Shown here: positions 19,258 through 28,630 of the stretch, piece by piece
Layout of the letters: every line of letters starts with the position of its first letter
How positions within the stretch are numbered: position 1 is the first letter of the stretch
Assembly: GCA_038230375.1 (NCBI GenBank)
Contig: JBBRNJ010000023.1
Location: forward strand, 42,452 to 106,451
Length of the DNA: 64,000 nucleotides
Origin: Polyangiales bacterium
GTDB taxonomy: Bacteria; Myxococcota_A; Polyangia; Polyangiales; Polyangiaceae
Direction of reading: 5' to 3'
Notes under the pieces: model-generated
Database searches by the model: none
What the model was told of the DNA's origin: nothing
Seen by the model: the letters and a program-made list of their open reading frames with translations, nothing else
Program-made: the position numbers and the translations under genes

Positions 19258-21489
19258 ATGAGACAGCTCCTCTGCGCTTCGTTCGCCGTCATCGCGGCAT
19301 CCTCTCTCCTCGCGTGCACGAACGAGGATCCTCCGCCGTCGGAGGTGGCCGGCGCAGGACAGCAGGATTCCGGGACCGAAGGCGGCAAGGGCAACGGCGG
19401 CGGCGCGAACGACGTCGATGCGGGCACGCTCCCCGATGGCGGTCCGCTGCCGACGAGCGCGAAGCCCGCGAATGTCGGGAACGTCGCGGTGGTGACCTAC
19501 GACGGCCATGCGGACGATCTGCTCACGGCAGGTCTCGGCAAGAGCGGGCTCGCCTCTTCCACCGCGCCCGGCTACGCGCACGCGGATACGCCGACGGCCG
19601 CGGAGCTACGCAAGAACGCGATCTGGGCGAACTACCGCGCGCTCGTCGACTCCACTGCAGGCGGCGGCTTCGGCACGCTCTATGGGCCCAACGTCGCGAT
19701 CGACGGCAGCGTCACGCAAGGCGAGGGGAAGGTCGCGGGCAAGGAGTACATCGCGCTCATCGACGACGGCAGCGGCAAGAAGAACGTCACGTTGATGGCT
19801 CAGATTCCCGCCACGTTCGATCGCAAGAAGCCGTGCGTGATCACCGGCGCGTCGTCCGGCTCGCGGGGCATCTACGGCGCCATCGCGACGTCGGGCGAGT
19901 GGGGATTGAAGCATGGCTGCGCGGTCGCCTACACCGACAAGGGCACGGGCAATGGCCTTCACGATCTGGAGCACGACACGGTGGGCCTGATCGACGGCAC
20001 GCGCGAGTCGACATCCGCTGCTGCGGGCAAGGCCACGTTCGCGGCGGACGCTCCCGCGGGCGGCATGAGCACCTTCCTCACGAAGAGCCCGCATCGCGTC
20101 GCCTACAAGCACGCGCACTCCGGACAGAACCCGGAGAAGGACTGGGGCAAGGACACGCTGGACGCGATCTCGTTCACGCTGTGGGCGCTCAACGACGCGC
20201 TCGCGCCCAGCGATGGTAAGGGAGGTCACGTGGCGGAGTTCCGCGCGGACAACGCGCTCGTTGTCGCATCGTCGGTGTCCAACGGTGGCGGCGCGGCGCT
20301 CGCAGCGGCCGAGCAGGACTCCGCTGGGCTCATCGATGCGGTCGTCGTGGGCGAGCCGCAGGTGCAGGTCGCGCCCGAGGGGCTGTCCGTGGTGTTCGGT
20401 GGCCAGACGGAGACCGCGGTCGGGAAGCCGCTCTACGACTACCTCTCGTATGCGAACCTCTTCCAGCTCTGCGCATCTCTCGCCCCGAACGCATCGCCGT
20501 CGGGCACGCTGGCTGCGGCGGACAACACGCTCGCGACCGCGCGCTGTGCCTCGCTCCACACGAAGGGACTGCTCACGAGCCTGCTCACCGCAGATCAAGC
20601 GAAGGAGGCGCTGCAGAAGCTCGTGGACTACGGCTTCCCGGACGAGAACCCCGAGCTCATGGCCTCGCACGTGGACGTGACCATGCCCGTGGTCGTCGCG
20701 TATGCCAACGCGTACGGGCGCTTCTCTGCGTTCGATGCGGTGTGCGGTCTCAGCTACGGCGCGGTGGACTCCACCGGTGTGCCCGTAGCGCTCCCGCCGG
20801 CCAGTGCGCTCACCAGCTTCGCGGTGGGCAACGGCGTGCCGACCACCAGCGGCATCTCCATCGTCTACGATCTCGCGTATGGCGGCGCGAAGACGCTGAA
20901 GAGCGCCACGTCGCCCACGACGTTCATGCAAGACCGCGCGCTGGACGCGGATCTCTGTCTGCGCTCCCTCTACACTGGCACGGACCCGGTCACGACGTTC
21001 GCGCTGATGGGCGACACCCTCGCGAAGTCGAACAAGGTGCGTACGGGCATCGCGGAGGTGCAGCGCACGGGTGCGTTGTCCGGGAAGCCCACGATCATCG
21101 TGCAGGGACGCTCCGATACGCTGCTACCGGTGAACCATACGGGGCGCGCCTACGTTGCAAAGAACCACGCGGTGGAGCCTGGAACCACGTTGCGCTACTA
21201 CGAGGTGACGAATGCGCAGCACCTCGACGTCCTCGCGGGCGTCGCTGGTCTGGACACGCGCATCGTCCCGCTCACGCTGACGTTCAACGAGGCGCTGGAT
21301 GCGATGTACGCGCACCTCGGCTCGGGCGGCGTGCTTCCGCCGAGCCAGGTCGTGCGCACGGCGCCACGCGGTGGGAGCGCCGGCTCGGCGCCAACGCTCA
21401 CGCGCACGAATGTGCCGAAGCTCTCGCAGTCGCCCAGCTCCGCGGATGCGATCGTGTTCTCCGGCACGGCGCTCACGATCCCGAAGTGA
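19258..21489 (+). CDS. D-(-)-3-hydroxybutyrate oligomer hydrolase family lipoprotein
   Basis: Lipobox LLAC; YDGHADDLLTAGLG, SSGSRGIYGAI, YTDKGTG, KHAHSGQNPEKDWG, SSVSNGG, GRSDTLLPVNH, EVTNAQH. Confidence 0.88.
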   Translation: MRQLLCASFAVIAASSLLACTNEDPPPSEVAGAGQQDSGTEGGKGNGGGANDVDAGTLPDGGPLPTSAKPANVGNVAVVTYDGHADDLLTAGLGKSGLASSTAPGYAHADTPTAAELRKNAIWANYRALVDSTAGGGFGTLYGPNVAIDGSVTQGEGKVAGKEYIALIDDGSGKKNVTLMAQIPATFDRKKPCVITGASSGSRGIYGAIATSGEWGLKHGCAVAYTDKGTGNGLHDLEHDTVGLIDGTRESTSAAAGKATFAADAPAGGMSTFLTKSPHRVAYKHAHSGQNPEKDWGKDTLDAISFTLWALNDALAPSDGKGGHVAEFRADNALVVASSVSNGGGAALAAAEQDSAGLIDAVVVGEPQVQVAPEGLSVVFGGQTETAVGKPLYDYLSYANLFQLCASLAPNASPSGTLAAADNTLATARCASLHTKGLLTSLLTADQAKEALQKLVDYGFPDENPELMASHVDVTMPVVVAYANAYGRFSAFDAVCGLSYGAVDSTGVPVALPPASALTSFAVGNGVPTTSGISIVYDLAYGGAKTLKSATSPTTFMQDRALDADLCLRSLYTGTDPVTTFALMGDTLAKSNKVRTGIAEVQRTGALSGKPTIIVQGRSDTLLPVNHTGRAYVAKNHAVEPGTTLRYYEVTNAQHLDVLAGVAGLDTRIVPLTLTFNEALDAMYAHLGSGGVLPPSQVVRTAPRGGSAGSAPTLTRTNVPKLSQSPSSADAIVFSGTALTIPK

Positions 21490-21514
21490 GCGAACCAAGC
21501 TAACCTGGACGCCG

Positions 21515-22711
21515 GTGTCCACGGAGCTCGGTATCCTTCTGCTTCTCAGCGTGGCGACCGCCGTTGCCATCGCCACGACGCGCCTCAAGGTGCCGTACAC
21601 CGTCGCGCTCGTCGTCGTGGGCACGGGTCTCGGCGCTGCACACCTATCGACGCCGATTCACCTCACCAAGGACATCCTGTACGCGGTGTTCCTGCCGGGC
21701 CTCATCTTCGAGGCCGCCTACAACCTGACCATCCCCGAGCTCCGCCAGAACCTCCGCGCGATCTTCGCGCTCGCGGTGCCCGGCGTGCTTCTGGCGATGG
21801 CCGCGACAGCGGGCATCCTGGTCCTGTCCACGGATGCCTTCGCGAACGGTCCACGCCTCAGCTGGTCGCACGCGCTCGTGTTCTCCTCGCTGATCGCGGC
21901 CACTGATCCGATCGCCGTCGTCGCGCTGTTCAAGACGCTGGGCGCGCCGCGTCGCCTGTCCGTGCTCATCGAGGGCGAGAGTCTGGTGAACGACGGGACC
22001 GCTGCAGTGCTCTACGCGATCGTCGTGGGCGCGGTGACTGGAGGCGGACACGTGAGCGTCGCCGCCGGCGCGCTGGAGTTCGTGATCGTCGTAGGTGGTG
22101 GAGCGCTCGTCGGGGTGGCGCTCGGCTACTTCGCGTCGGGCCTGCGGCGTCGGACCGCGGAGCCCATGATCGAGATCGCGCTCACGACGCTCGCTGCGTA
22201 CGGCTCGTTCGCGCTCGCGGAGCGGTTCAATGTGAGCGGCATCATCGCCACGCTGGTCGCGGGTCTCGTGTGCAGAGCGCAGGCACGGCCGGAGGTATGC
22301 TCCGAAGCCACGAACATGGCGGTGCACTCGTTCTGGGAGTACGCGGCGTTTGCGCTGAATTCGCTGGTGTTCCTGCTCATCGGGTTCGAGGTGAAGCTCT
22401 CTCAGCTGGGCGCCGCGTGGCGTCCGATCGTGCTCGCATTCGTCGCCGTGACCCTCGGGCGTGCGGTCGTCGTGTTCGTGGTGTCCGCGTTGCTTGCACG
22501 CACGAAGGAGCGCATCCCGTTCTCGCACGGCCTGGTGCTCACGTGGGGAGGTCTCCGCGGCGCGCTCTCCATGGTCCTCGCGCTCGCGATCCCGGAGTCA
22601 TTGCCGGAGCGTCAGCTGATCGTCACGACCACGTTCGGCGTGGTGGCGATTTCGATCGTCCTGCAGGGCCTGACAGCTGGCCCGCTGCTCCGCAGACTCC
22701 GCATTGTATGA
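21515..22711 (+). CDS. Na+/H+ antiporter, CPA1 (NhaP/NhaG-like)
   Basis: Multiple TM helices; ATDPIAV, EGESLVNDG, WGGLRGALS. Confidence 0.92.
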   Translation: MSTELGILLLLSVATAVAIATTRLKVPYTVALVVVGTGLGAAHLSTPIHLTKDILYAVFLPGLIFEAAYNLTIPELRQNLRAIFALAVPGVLLAMAATAGILVLSTDAFANGPRLSWSHALVFSSLIAATDPIAVVALFKTLGAPRRLSVLIEGESLVNDGTAAVLYAIVVGAVTGGGHVSVAAGALEFVIVVGGGALVGVALGYFASGLRRRTAEPMIEIALTTLAAYGSFALAERFNVSGIIATLVAGLVCRAQARPEVCSEATNMAVHSFWEYAAFALNSLVFLLIGFEVKLSQLGAAWRPIVLAFVAVTLGRAVVVFVVSALLARTKERIPFSHGLVLTWGGLRGALSMVLALAIPESLPERQLIVTTTFGVVAISIVLQGLTAGPLLRRLRIV

Positions 22712-22777
22712 GCGGGGAACGCGGTGCTCAGCCTCCGCTCAGTTGCCGATGCCTGGAAGTGTGCGAGAGTTCCCAGG

Positions 22778-23143
22778 ATGAGAGCTGTGTACATTCTTGC
22801 GGCTGCACTCGTGACGGCGATGCTCGCGGCAGCGTCGCCTGCAAGCGCCGAGGCGATCTGCACGCCGCGGATCGTCGAAGACGCGATCGAGAAGAAGGTG
22901 CCAGCCGTGCAGACGGACTGCCTTGCATCCGTGAAGGGTCATGTCCCCATGCCGGAGGACGTCAACGTCACTGCGCATGTCGCATGGCAGGCAGGCGGCG
23001 CGGTCCAGTCGGTGACCACGACATCGAGCAACAACACGAGCGCGGCGATCGCGCTCGATCAGTGCGTCACGGCGAAGGTCCGCGCATGGCAGCTCCCCTG
23101 CGGCCCAGGCAAGCGCGACGTGGCCTTCACCTTCAAGCACTAG
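22778..23143 (+). CDS. Small secreted protein with AgmX/PglI/TonB-C-like domain
   Basis: Signal peptide; LDQCV..KVRAWQLP, FTF terminal strand. Confidence 0.55.
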   Translation: MRAVYILAAALVTAMLAAASPASAEAICTPRIVEDAIEKKVPAVQTDCLASVKGHVPMPEDVNVTAHVAWQAGGAVQSVTTTSSNNTSAAIALDQCVTAKVRAWQLPCGPGKRDVAFTFKH

Positions 23144-23165
23144 CGCGCGAGCGCTCGCAGGCACC

Positions 23166-26100
23166 TCAGGTCGAGGAGAGCGCGAAGATCTTCTGGAACG
23201 TGAGCAGGAGCTCGATGTCGTTCGATTTGATCTGACCGCTGATGAACTCGGACGGGCCCGGCACGAACGCGTCGCGAACGATGCGCGTGAACAGCTCCGG
23301 GCTGGTCTTCAGAACGCAGTCGGCCGTGCCGCCTTCGGGTTTGCCCTGACGGACCTCGCATTTCTCGCGGTCGCAGACCACCGTCCACTTGGCGTACGTG
23401 TCACTTCCGAGCGTGAAGTAGAAAGAGACGGGCTTCTCCACGCGCGTCTTGTCGAATTTCTGTTCGAGCTCGCCGAACAGCTCCACGAGCGGGTGCTCGC
23501 GCTTCTTCGCCGGCGGCGCCACGCTGTTCGGCGCAAGGCCATCCATCGCGCGGATGTCGAGCACGTCGCCGTCGCGGAGCGCAACGACCGCGCGGCGCGC
23601 GAGCTTCGCGACCTCACGCGAGGCATCGGCGGGCGTGAGGCCCTTCGTGAGCCTGCGCAGGTCCACCACGGAGAGCGGCGGCCCGATGCGCGCGAAGATG
23701 CGGCGCGACGTGGGGATGCGTGCGCCCTTCGGCATGGCCGCGCGCGTGCCGCCCAGGTACACGGGCAGGATGTCCACGCCGTTCGCGAGTGACAGGTGCC
23801 CGAGCAGCGGCTTGAACTCGTGGATCTCGCCGTCGGCGCTGCGCGTGCCTTCCGGGAAGATGAGCATGGTGTGGCCCTGCTCGAGGACCTCGCTTGCCTG
23901 GCGCTCGCTCGCGCGTAGACCGCCCTTGCGATCGAGCGCACGAAGGTTCGTCAGGTTCTCGAAGAACGTGCGCTTGAACGAGCCGCGCTCGAAGAAGTAG
24001 TCCTGCGCAGCGAGCGAGACGATGTCCTCGCCGTACTTGCCCAGCGCGTGCCGCACGAAGCCCATGTCCAGGTGGCTCGCGTGGTTGGCAATGACGATGG
24101 TCTGCCGGTTGTGCGGGATGAAGGTGCGGCCGTAGATCTCCGAGTCCATCATCTGGCCGTAGAACATGTCCTGGATCATGCCGATGGCGCGCTTGCCAAC
24201 GTCCTGGACCTCACGCGGGAACTCGATCGCGGGTGCCTCATCAGGCTTCTTTCGTCCCTCGATCGTGCGTGTGCGGCTCTCCTTCTTGTCGCGAATGGCC
24301 AGTGTCTCCACGTCCGCCACGGTGCGGCAGGCTGTGAGGTCATCGGGGTTCACGGTGCCGTACTTGGTCTCGAGCGCGGCGAGCAGCTCGGTGAGCGCGA
24401 GCGAGTCGAAGCCAAGGTCCTCGAGCAGGTTCGTGTGCGCGTTCACCTTGTCGATGGGCACGCCGCGGACCGCCGCGATCGCGTGGCGTACGTGCGAGAC
24501 GCCGCTGGCGATCGAGTCGGGGCCGGTCTCACTGCGGGTGCTTGCGGCGATGAGGCGTTCGAGGATCGCGCGCGCCTCGGGTCGCTTCACCTTGCGGGTG
24601 GCGGTGCGCGGAAGAGGTGCGTCATACAGCTTCACGACGCTGGGCTGCTTGCCCGCGGGGAGCTTGTTCAAGGACTCGCGGAGCACGCGCTCGGCGCGGG
24701 CCATGCGCGTGGTGCGATCCACGGTGTCGTCCGCGTCCGGCACGGCAAGGCACGCCAGGCGCTCGCCGCCGCCCGGGCTGGGGATGCCGATGAACGTGTA
24801 CTCCGTGATGTGCTTCACGCCATTCACGAGCTTCTCGAGATCATCCGGGTAGAGGTTCTCGCCCGAGGACGTGACAACGACGTCCTTCGAGCGGCCGACT
24901 ATGACGAGGCGCCCTTGCTTGTCGAGCTTGCCCAGATCGCCCGTGCGCAAGAAGCCGTCCTCCGTCATCACGGACTTCGTGGCCTCTTCGTCGGTGTAGC
25001 CGGACATGATGTTCGGTCCGCTGGCGAGCACCTCACCCACGCCGGTCGCGTCGGGCGAGTCGATCCTTATCTTCACGCCCGGGATCGGCTTGCCGACCTG
25101 GCCTGCCTTGGAGCCGGGCTTGGCGACGGTGAGCACTGGCCCAGCCTCGGTCAGGCCGTAGCCTTCGGCGAGCTTGAGGCCGAGGCCGCTGAAGAGCCGC
25201 TGCGTGTCGGGCGGGAGCGCCGCGCCGCCAGAGATGAGCCACTTGACGTGACCGCCAAGGCCCTCGTGCACCTGCGAGAAGAGCGCGCGACCAAGGTCGA
25301 TCCCGAGCGTCTTGTTCATCCAGGTGTTCACGTCGGTGCCAACGTTGAACGCGCCCTCTGCGAACTTTCCGCGCGAGCGCACCTCGGACATGATGCGGCG
25401 CTCCAGGAGCTGCCACACCGCAGGGACGCCGACCATCGCCGTGATGCGGCCCTCTTTCAGGCCTTGCGTCACGCGGTCGCCAGTGAGCTCGCCCACGTAG
25501 ACCACGCGCGCGCCGCGCGAGAACGGCAGCAGGAAGCCGCACGAGAACTCGAACGTGTGGTGGAGCGGAAGCACCGACAGCACGCGATCATTCGGGGTGA
25601 GCGGGAACAGCGGCGCGAGCGCGGCGATGAGCGACAGGAAGTTCTTGTGCGAGAGGCGCACGCCCTTCGGCCGACCCGTGGTGCCGCTGGTGAAGATGAG
25701 GCTCGCGATGTCCTCGCCCGTCAGCTCCACGCCGAGCGGGAGATCCTGGCCGTCGGCCTCGGTCTCCGTCTCGAGCGCGAGCACCGTGAGCGCCGGAAGG
25801 TCCTCCCGCACGCCATGGCCACCCTTCTTCTCCACGTGCTCGTCCCAGAAGGCGAAGCGGGCCGCGGCCTCGTTGACGATGTTTGTAAACTGCACGCTTT
25901 CCAGATCGCGATCCACCGGCACGGCCACGCCGCCCGCGGAGACGATGCCGAAGTACGCGATGGGCCACTCCGGGCGGCCAAGGCCGGACAGGATGACCGT
26001 GTCGCCCTTCTTGAGGCCGCGCGCGATCAACCTGCGCGCCGTGGCCTGCACGCGCAGACGCACGTCGTTGAACGTGACGCGCGACAGGCCGTCCTCCTGC

Positions 26101-27866
26101 ATCATCTGGAACGCGAGCGAGTGCGCGTGGCGCTCCGACATCTGCGTGATGAGCGACGCGAGCGTCTCGTGTGCGCGCAGGGGCTTGGTCTCGCGCTTCC
26201 AGCGCTCCTCGAGCCAGGGGATGATCCGCTTCTCCATGGCCGGGAGATGCTTGTTCATGAAGTAGTCGGACCAGTCGACCTTCTCCGGATGCCATGGCAG
26301 CTCCGCCTGCTGCTCGGGCGAGAGGCGTGCATACGCGTTGCGCGTGTTGACGCAGGAGAACGGGCCCTTCTGGTAGTACGTGAACGGCACGAAGAGCTGC
26401 TGGATCTCGTCGATCTTCGCGGCCGTTGCGCTGAACTTCTCCAGCTCGGAAGCCGCGCTCTTCGCGACCTTGCGCGCGGGGCCCGGCGTCTTGTGCAGCA
26501 CGTTCGCGATCGATTTCGCGAACTTCGAGATCGCACCCGGACCCACCAGGTCGTAGCGCTCCTTGCTGACGGAGCTGGGCTCCATGTGGGCCTGGACGAA
26601 GTTCAGGAACGGGTTCCCCTTGCCCTGACGCAGGTAGTACTTCCGCTTGTAGATGCCCGTGAGCTCGATGAGGCGCTCCATGGTGATGGGCGACGTGTCC
26701 GAGCAGCCATACTGATAGACTGGCTTCGCGGTTCCCTCGAGCAGCTCCGCCAGCGTGAGCACCATGCCGGCGGCGACGATGTCCGACGGGATGAAGTCGA
26801 GGAGCACGTTGCGCCCCATCATCTGGTGCTGGCCCTTCATGCCCATGAAGATGAGCGGCGCGCTGGTGCCGATGCCTTCGTTCCAGGACGGGAAGGGGAA
26901 GTCCTCCGTGCTCTCGCAGCACGCAGGGCGCGCGATGACGTACGGGATGCCGGCGTTCGCGATGATCTGCTCGCCGATGCTCTTCGTGTACGTGTAGATG
27001 TTCGGCCAGCCCCAGTGCTCGGCGCGCTCGAGGCCCGCTTCCACGAGACGGTCGCTCACGAACTTCCGCTTCACCGACTTGAGCTCGAGCTCGAGCGCCG
27101 GGCCACTGGTGGGCTCGCCGCGACGCAGCAGGTTCTTCTTGGCCTGCTCCTGGAACGTGCTCTGGCGGAATGCGTCGTCGCAGCGGTGACGCGCCTGCGC
27201 GATGAGGTCCAGGCAGTCCGCGATCTCGCGCTCAGCGCTCCAGAGGTTCGGATCCAGCTCGCCGGCGCGCGGGAACGGGAACGTACCCGGGCGGTCCTCC
27301 ACGATCAGGCCGGTGCGATTGCCGACGACGTAGCAGGTGCTGGTGTGGAACAGCGGCGCTTCGCCGAGCGAGCGCGCGAGCTCCACCAGGTTCTGCGCAC
27401 CGAATGCGTTCGTGTCGAGCGCCTCGTCGAGCGGCGGGTTGAAGTCCACGACACCGGCGACGTTGACCACCGCGTCGATCGTGCCCTTCTCGTTCTTGAG
27501 GAACGAAGGGTCGAGCCCGCAGTTCGGGCGACTCACGTCACCGTCGACGGGGACAACCTTCGAGCGAATGAACGCGTCGAAGCCCTCGCCGTACTTCTCG
27601 CGCAGCGGGAGCATCGCCTCGCTGGTGGTGATGTCAGCCCAGAAGCGCTGGTCGGAGGTCTGGGTCTTCGAGCTGCGGACCAGGAGGAAGATCTTCCCGA
27701 TCTCCGGATAGCGATCGAGCAGCATCAACCAGAAGATCTTCCCGAGGAAGCCGGTGCCTCCCAGGATGAGCAGGCGCGCGCCTTCGAACATGACGTGCAT
27801 GTCGAGCGGCTTCACTTGCGTGGTGGGGACGAAGGCAGCCGGCTTGGACGTTCCGTTCTGGTGCAT
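23166..27866 (-). CDS. elbD: ElbD-like multifunctional lipid enzyme: fatty acyl-CoA reductase + acyl-CoA synthetase + ACP + PlsC-type acyltransferase + SCP2-like domain
   Basis: GGTGFLGK and YTYTK (FAR); FTSGTTGRPKG, GYGLTE, RTGDLG (ACS); LGFDSL (ACP); NHASHLD, FPEGTRS (AT); C-terminal ADCVLKTSPELF..FISGQIK (SCP2-like). Symbol given by domain architecture only. Confidence 0.8.
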   Translation of the reverse strand: MHQNGTSKPAAFVPTTQVKPLDMHVMFEGARLLILGGTGFLGKIFWLMLLDRYPEIGKIFLLVRSSKTQTSDQRFWADITTSEAMLPLREKYGEGFDAFIRSKVVPVDGDVSRPNCGLDPSFLKNEKGTIDAVVNVAGVVDFNPPLDEALDTNAFGAQNLVELARSLGEAPLFHTSTCYVVGNRTGLIVEDRPGTFPFPRAGELDPNLWSAEREIADCLDLIAQARHRCDDAFRQSTFQEQAKKNLLRRGEPTSGPALELELKSVKRKFVSDRLVEAGLERAEHWGWPNIYTYTKSIGEQIIANAGIPYVIARPACCESTEDFPFPSWNEGIGTSAPLIFMGMKGQHQMMGRNVLLDFIPSDIVAAGMVLTLAELLEGTAKPVYQYGCSDTSPITMERLIELTGIYKRKYYLRQGKGNPFLNFVQAHMEPSSVSKERYDLVGPGAISKFAKSIANVLHKTPGPARKVAKSAASELEKFSATAAKIDEIQQLFVPFTYYQKGPFSCVNTRNAYARLSPEQQAELPWHPEKVDWSDYFMNKHLPAMEKRIIPWLEERWKRETKPLRAHETLASLITQMSERHAHSLAFQMMQEDGLSRVTFNDVRLRVQATARRLIARGLKKGDTVILSGLGRPEWPIAYFGIVSAGGVAVPVDRDLESVQFTNIVNEAAARFAFWDEHVEKKGGHGVREDLPALTVLALETETEADGQDLPLGVELTGEDIASLIFTSGTTGRPKGVRLSHKNFLSLIAALAPLFPLTPNDRVLSVLPLHHTFEFSCGFLLPFSRGARVVYVGELTGDRVTQGLKEGRITAMVGVPAVWQLLERRIMSEVRSRGKFAEGAFNVGTDVNTWMNKTLGIDLGRALFSQVHEGLGGHVKWLISGGAALPPDTQRLFSGLGLKLAEGYGLTEAGPVLTVAKPGSKAGQVGKPIPGVKIRIDSPDATGVGEVLASGPNIMSGYTDEEATKSVMTEDGFLRTGDLGKLDKQGRLVIVGRSKDVVVTSSGENLYPDDLEKLVNGVKHITEYTFIGIPSPGGGERLACLAVPDADDTVDRTTRMARAERVLRESLNKLPAGKQPSVVKLYDAPLPRTATRKVKRPEARAILERLIAASTRSETGPDSIASGVSHVRHAIAAVRGVPIDKVNAHTNLLEDLGFDSLALTELLAALETKYGTVNPDDLTACRTVADVETLAIRDKKESRTRTIEGRKKPDEAPAIEFPREVQDVGKRAIGMIQDMFYGQMMDSEIYGRTFIPHNRQTIVIANHASHLDMGFVRHALGKYGEDIVSLAAQDYFFERGSFKRTFFENLTNLRALDRKGGLRASERQASEVLEQGHTMLIFPEGTRSADGEIHEFKPLLGHLSLANGVDILPVYLGGTRAAMPKGARIPTSRRIFARIGPPLSVVDLRRLTKGLTPADASREVAKLARRAVVALRDGDVLDIRAMDGLAPNSVAPPAKKREHPLVELFGELEQKFDKTRVEKPVSFYFTLGSDTYAKWTVVCDREKCEVRQGKPEGGTADCVLKTSPELFTRIVRDAFVPGPSEFISGQIKSNDIELLLTFQKIFALSST

Positions 27867-28032
27867 GCAAACGCCGCTGCTCTTACCAGAAGAAAAGCCG
27901 CGCCCACAACGCTGCCTGGCCTTTCCGTGGCGTGCGGGCCGTCCTTCGCAGTGCGCGATTCGGCTGCGTAATTCGCTGCGCGGCTCAGCCGTGCCCGGCG
28001 TTCGCTGTCACAAATGGCGGAGAGGACGTAGA

Positions 28033-28593
28033 ATGCATGCAGATATCCCATTGAAGAAGTGGTCGCTGCTCCCGGTTCTGCTGGGGCTCACCTGTTGCGG
28101 GGGCGCAGGAGTGCCCGCCTCTCCCCCGATCACGGTCACGGCGACCGCGCCCGAAAGCAGCGCCGCGCCACCGGCTGCCGGGCCAGATCTGACCGCGCCG
28201 GGCCCCGATGCCGGGGCGCCGGGTGAGCCTCCCGCTCCGCCTCCGCCGCCTCCGCCGCCCGAGGGGCAGGTGCGCGCGGGGCCAGTGACGGTGACGGGCA
28301 AGCTCGGGCCAGAAGAGATTCAGGGAAAGATGGCGGGGCACATGCCCACGTTCACTGCCTGTCAGAAGGCAGCGCTCGCCGAGGGCGCGCCCGCAAGTGG
28401 AACGCTCCGGCTGCGCATCCTGATCGATCAGACCGGTCAGGTGTCCTCCGCGAACGTCACCGCGCCTTCCACATTGAAGAACGACAAGCTCGCGCGCTGC
28501 GTGCTGAAGGCCGTACGCGCCACCGCGTTCCCACGGCCCTCCCAGGGCACCGTGGAGGCCACGTACTCGGTCGTGTTCTCGCAACAACCCTGA
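28033..28593 (+). CDS. Lipoprotein with Pro-rich linker and AgmX/PglI C-terminal (TonB-C-like) domain
   Basis: LGLTCCGG; GKLGPEEI..FTAC..GTLRLRILIDQTGQV..RCVL..FPRP; start could be TTG 28051. Confidence 0.7.
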   Translation: MHADIPLKKWSLLPVLLGLTCCGGAGVPASPPITVTATAPESSAAPPAAGPDLTAPGPDAGAPGEPPAPPPPPPPPEGQVRAGPVTVTGKLGPEEIQGKMAGHMPTFTACQKAALAEGAPASGTLRLRILIDQTGQVSSANVTAPSTLKNDKLARCVLKAVRATAFPRPSQGTVEATYSVVFSQQP

Positions 28594-28630
28594 GCAAGAA
28601 GGGACGTGAGTGGTAATCTGCGTCGACCCC

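Noticed and set aside
16045..19581. Two very long mutually overlapping ORFs (1178 aa minus, 896 aa plus)
   Set aside because: Each N-terminal extension is the antisense of the other real gene; signal peptides place the starts at 17853(-) and ~17902(+).
24048..27971. 1307-aa plus-strand ORF
   Set aside because: Antisense shadow of the ElbD-like gene; no motifs; typical of high-GC DNA.
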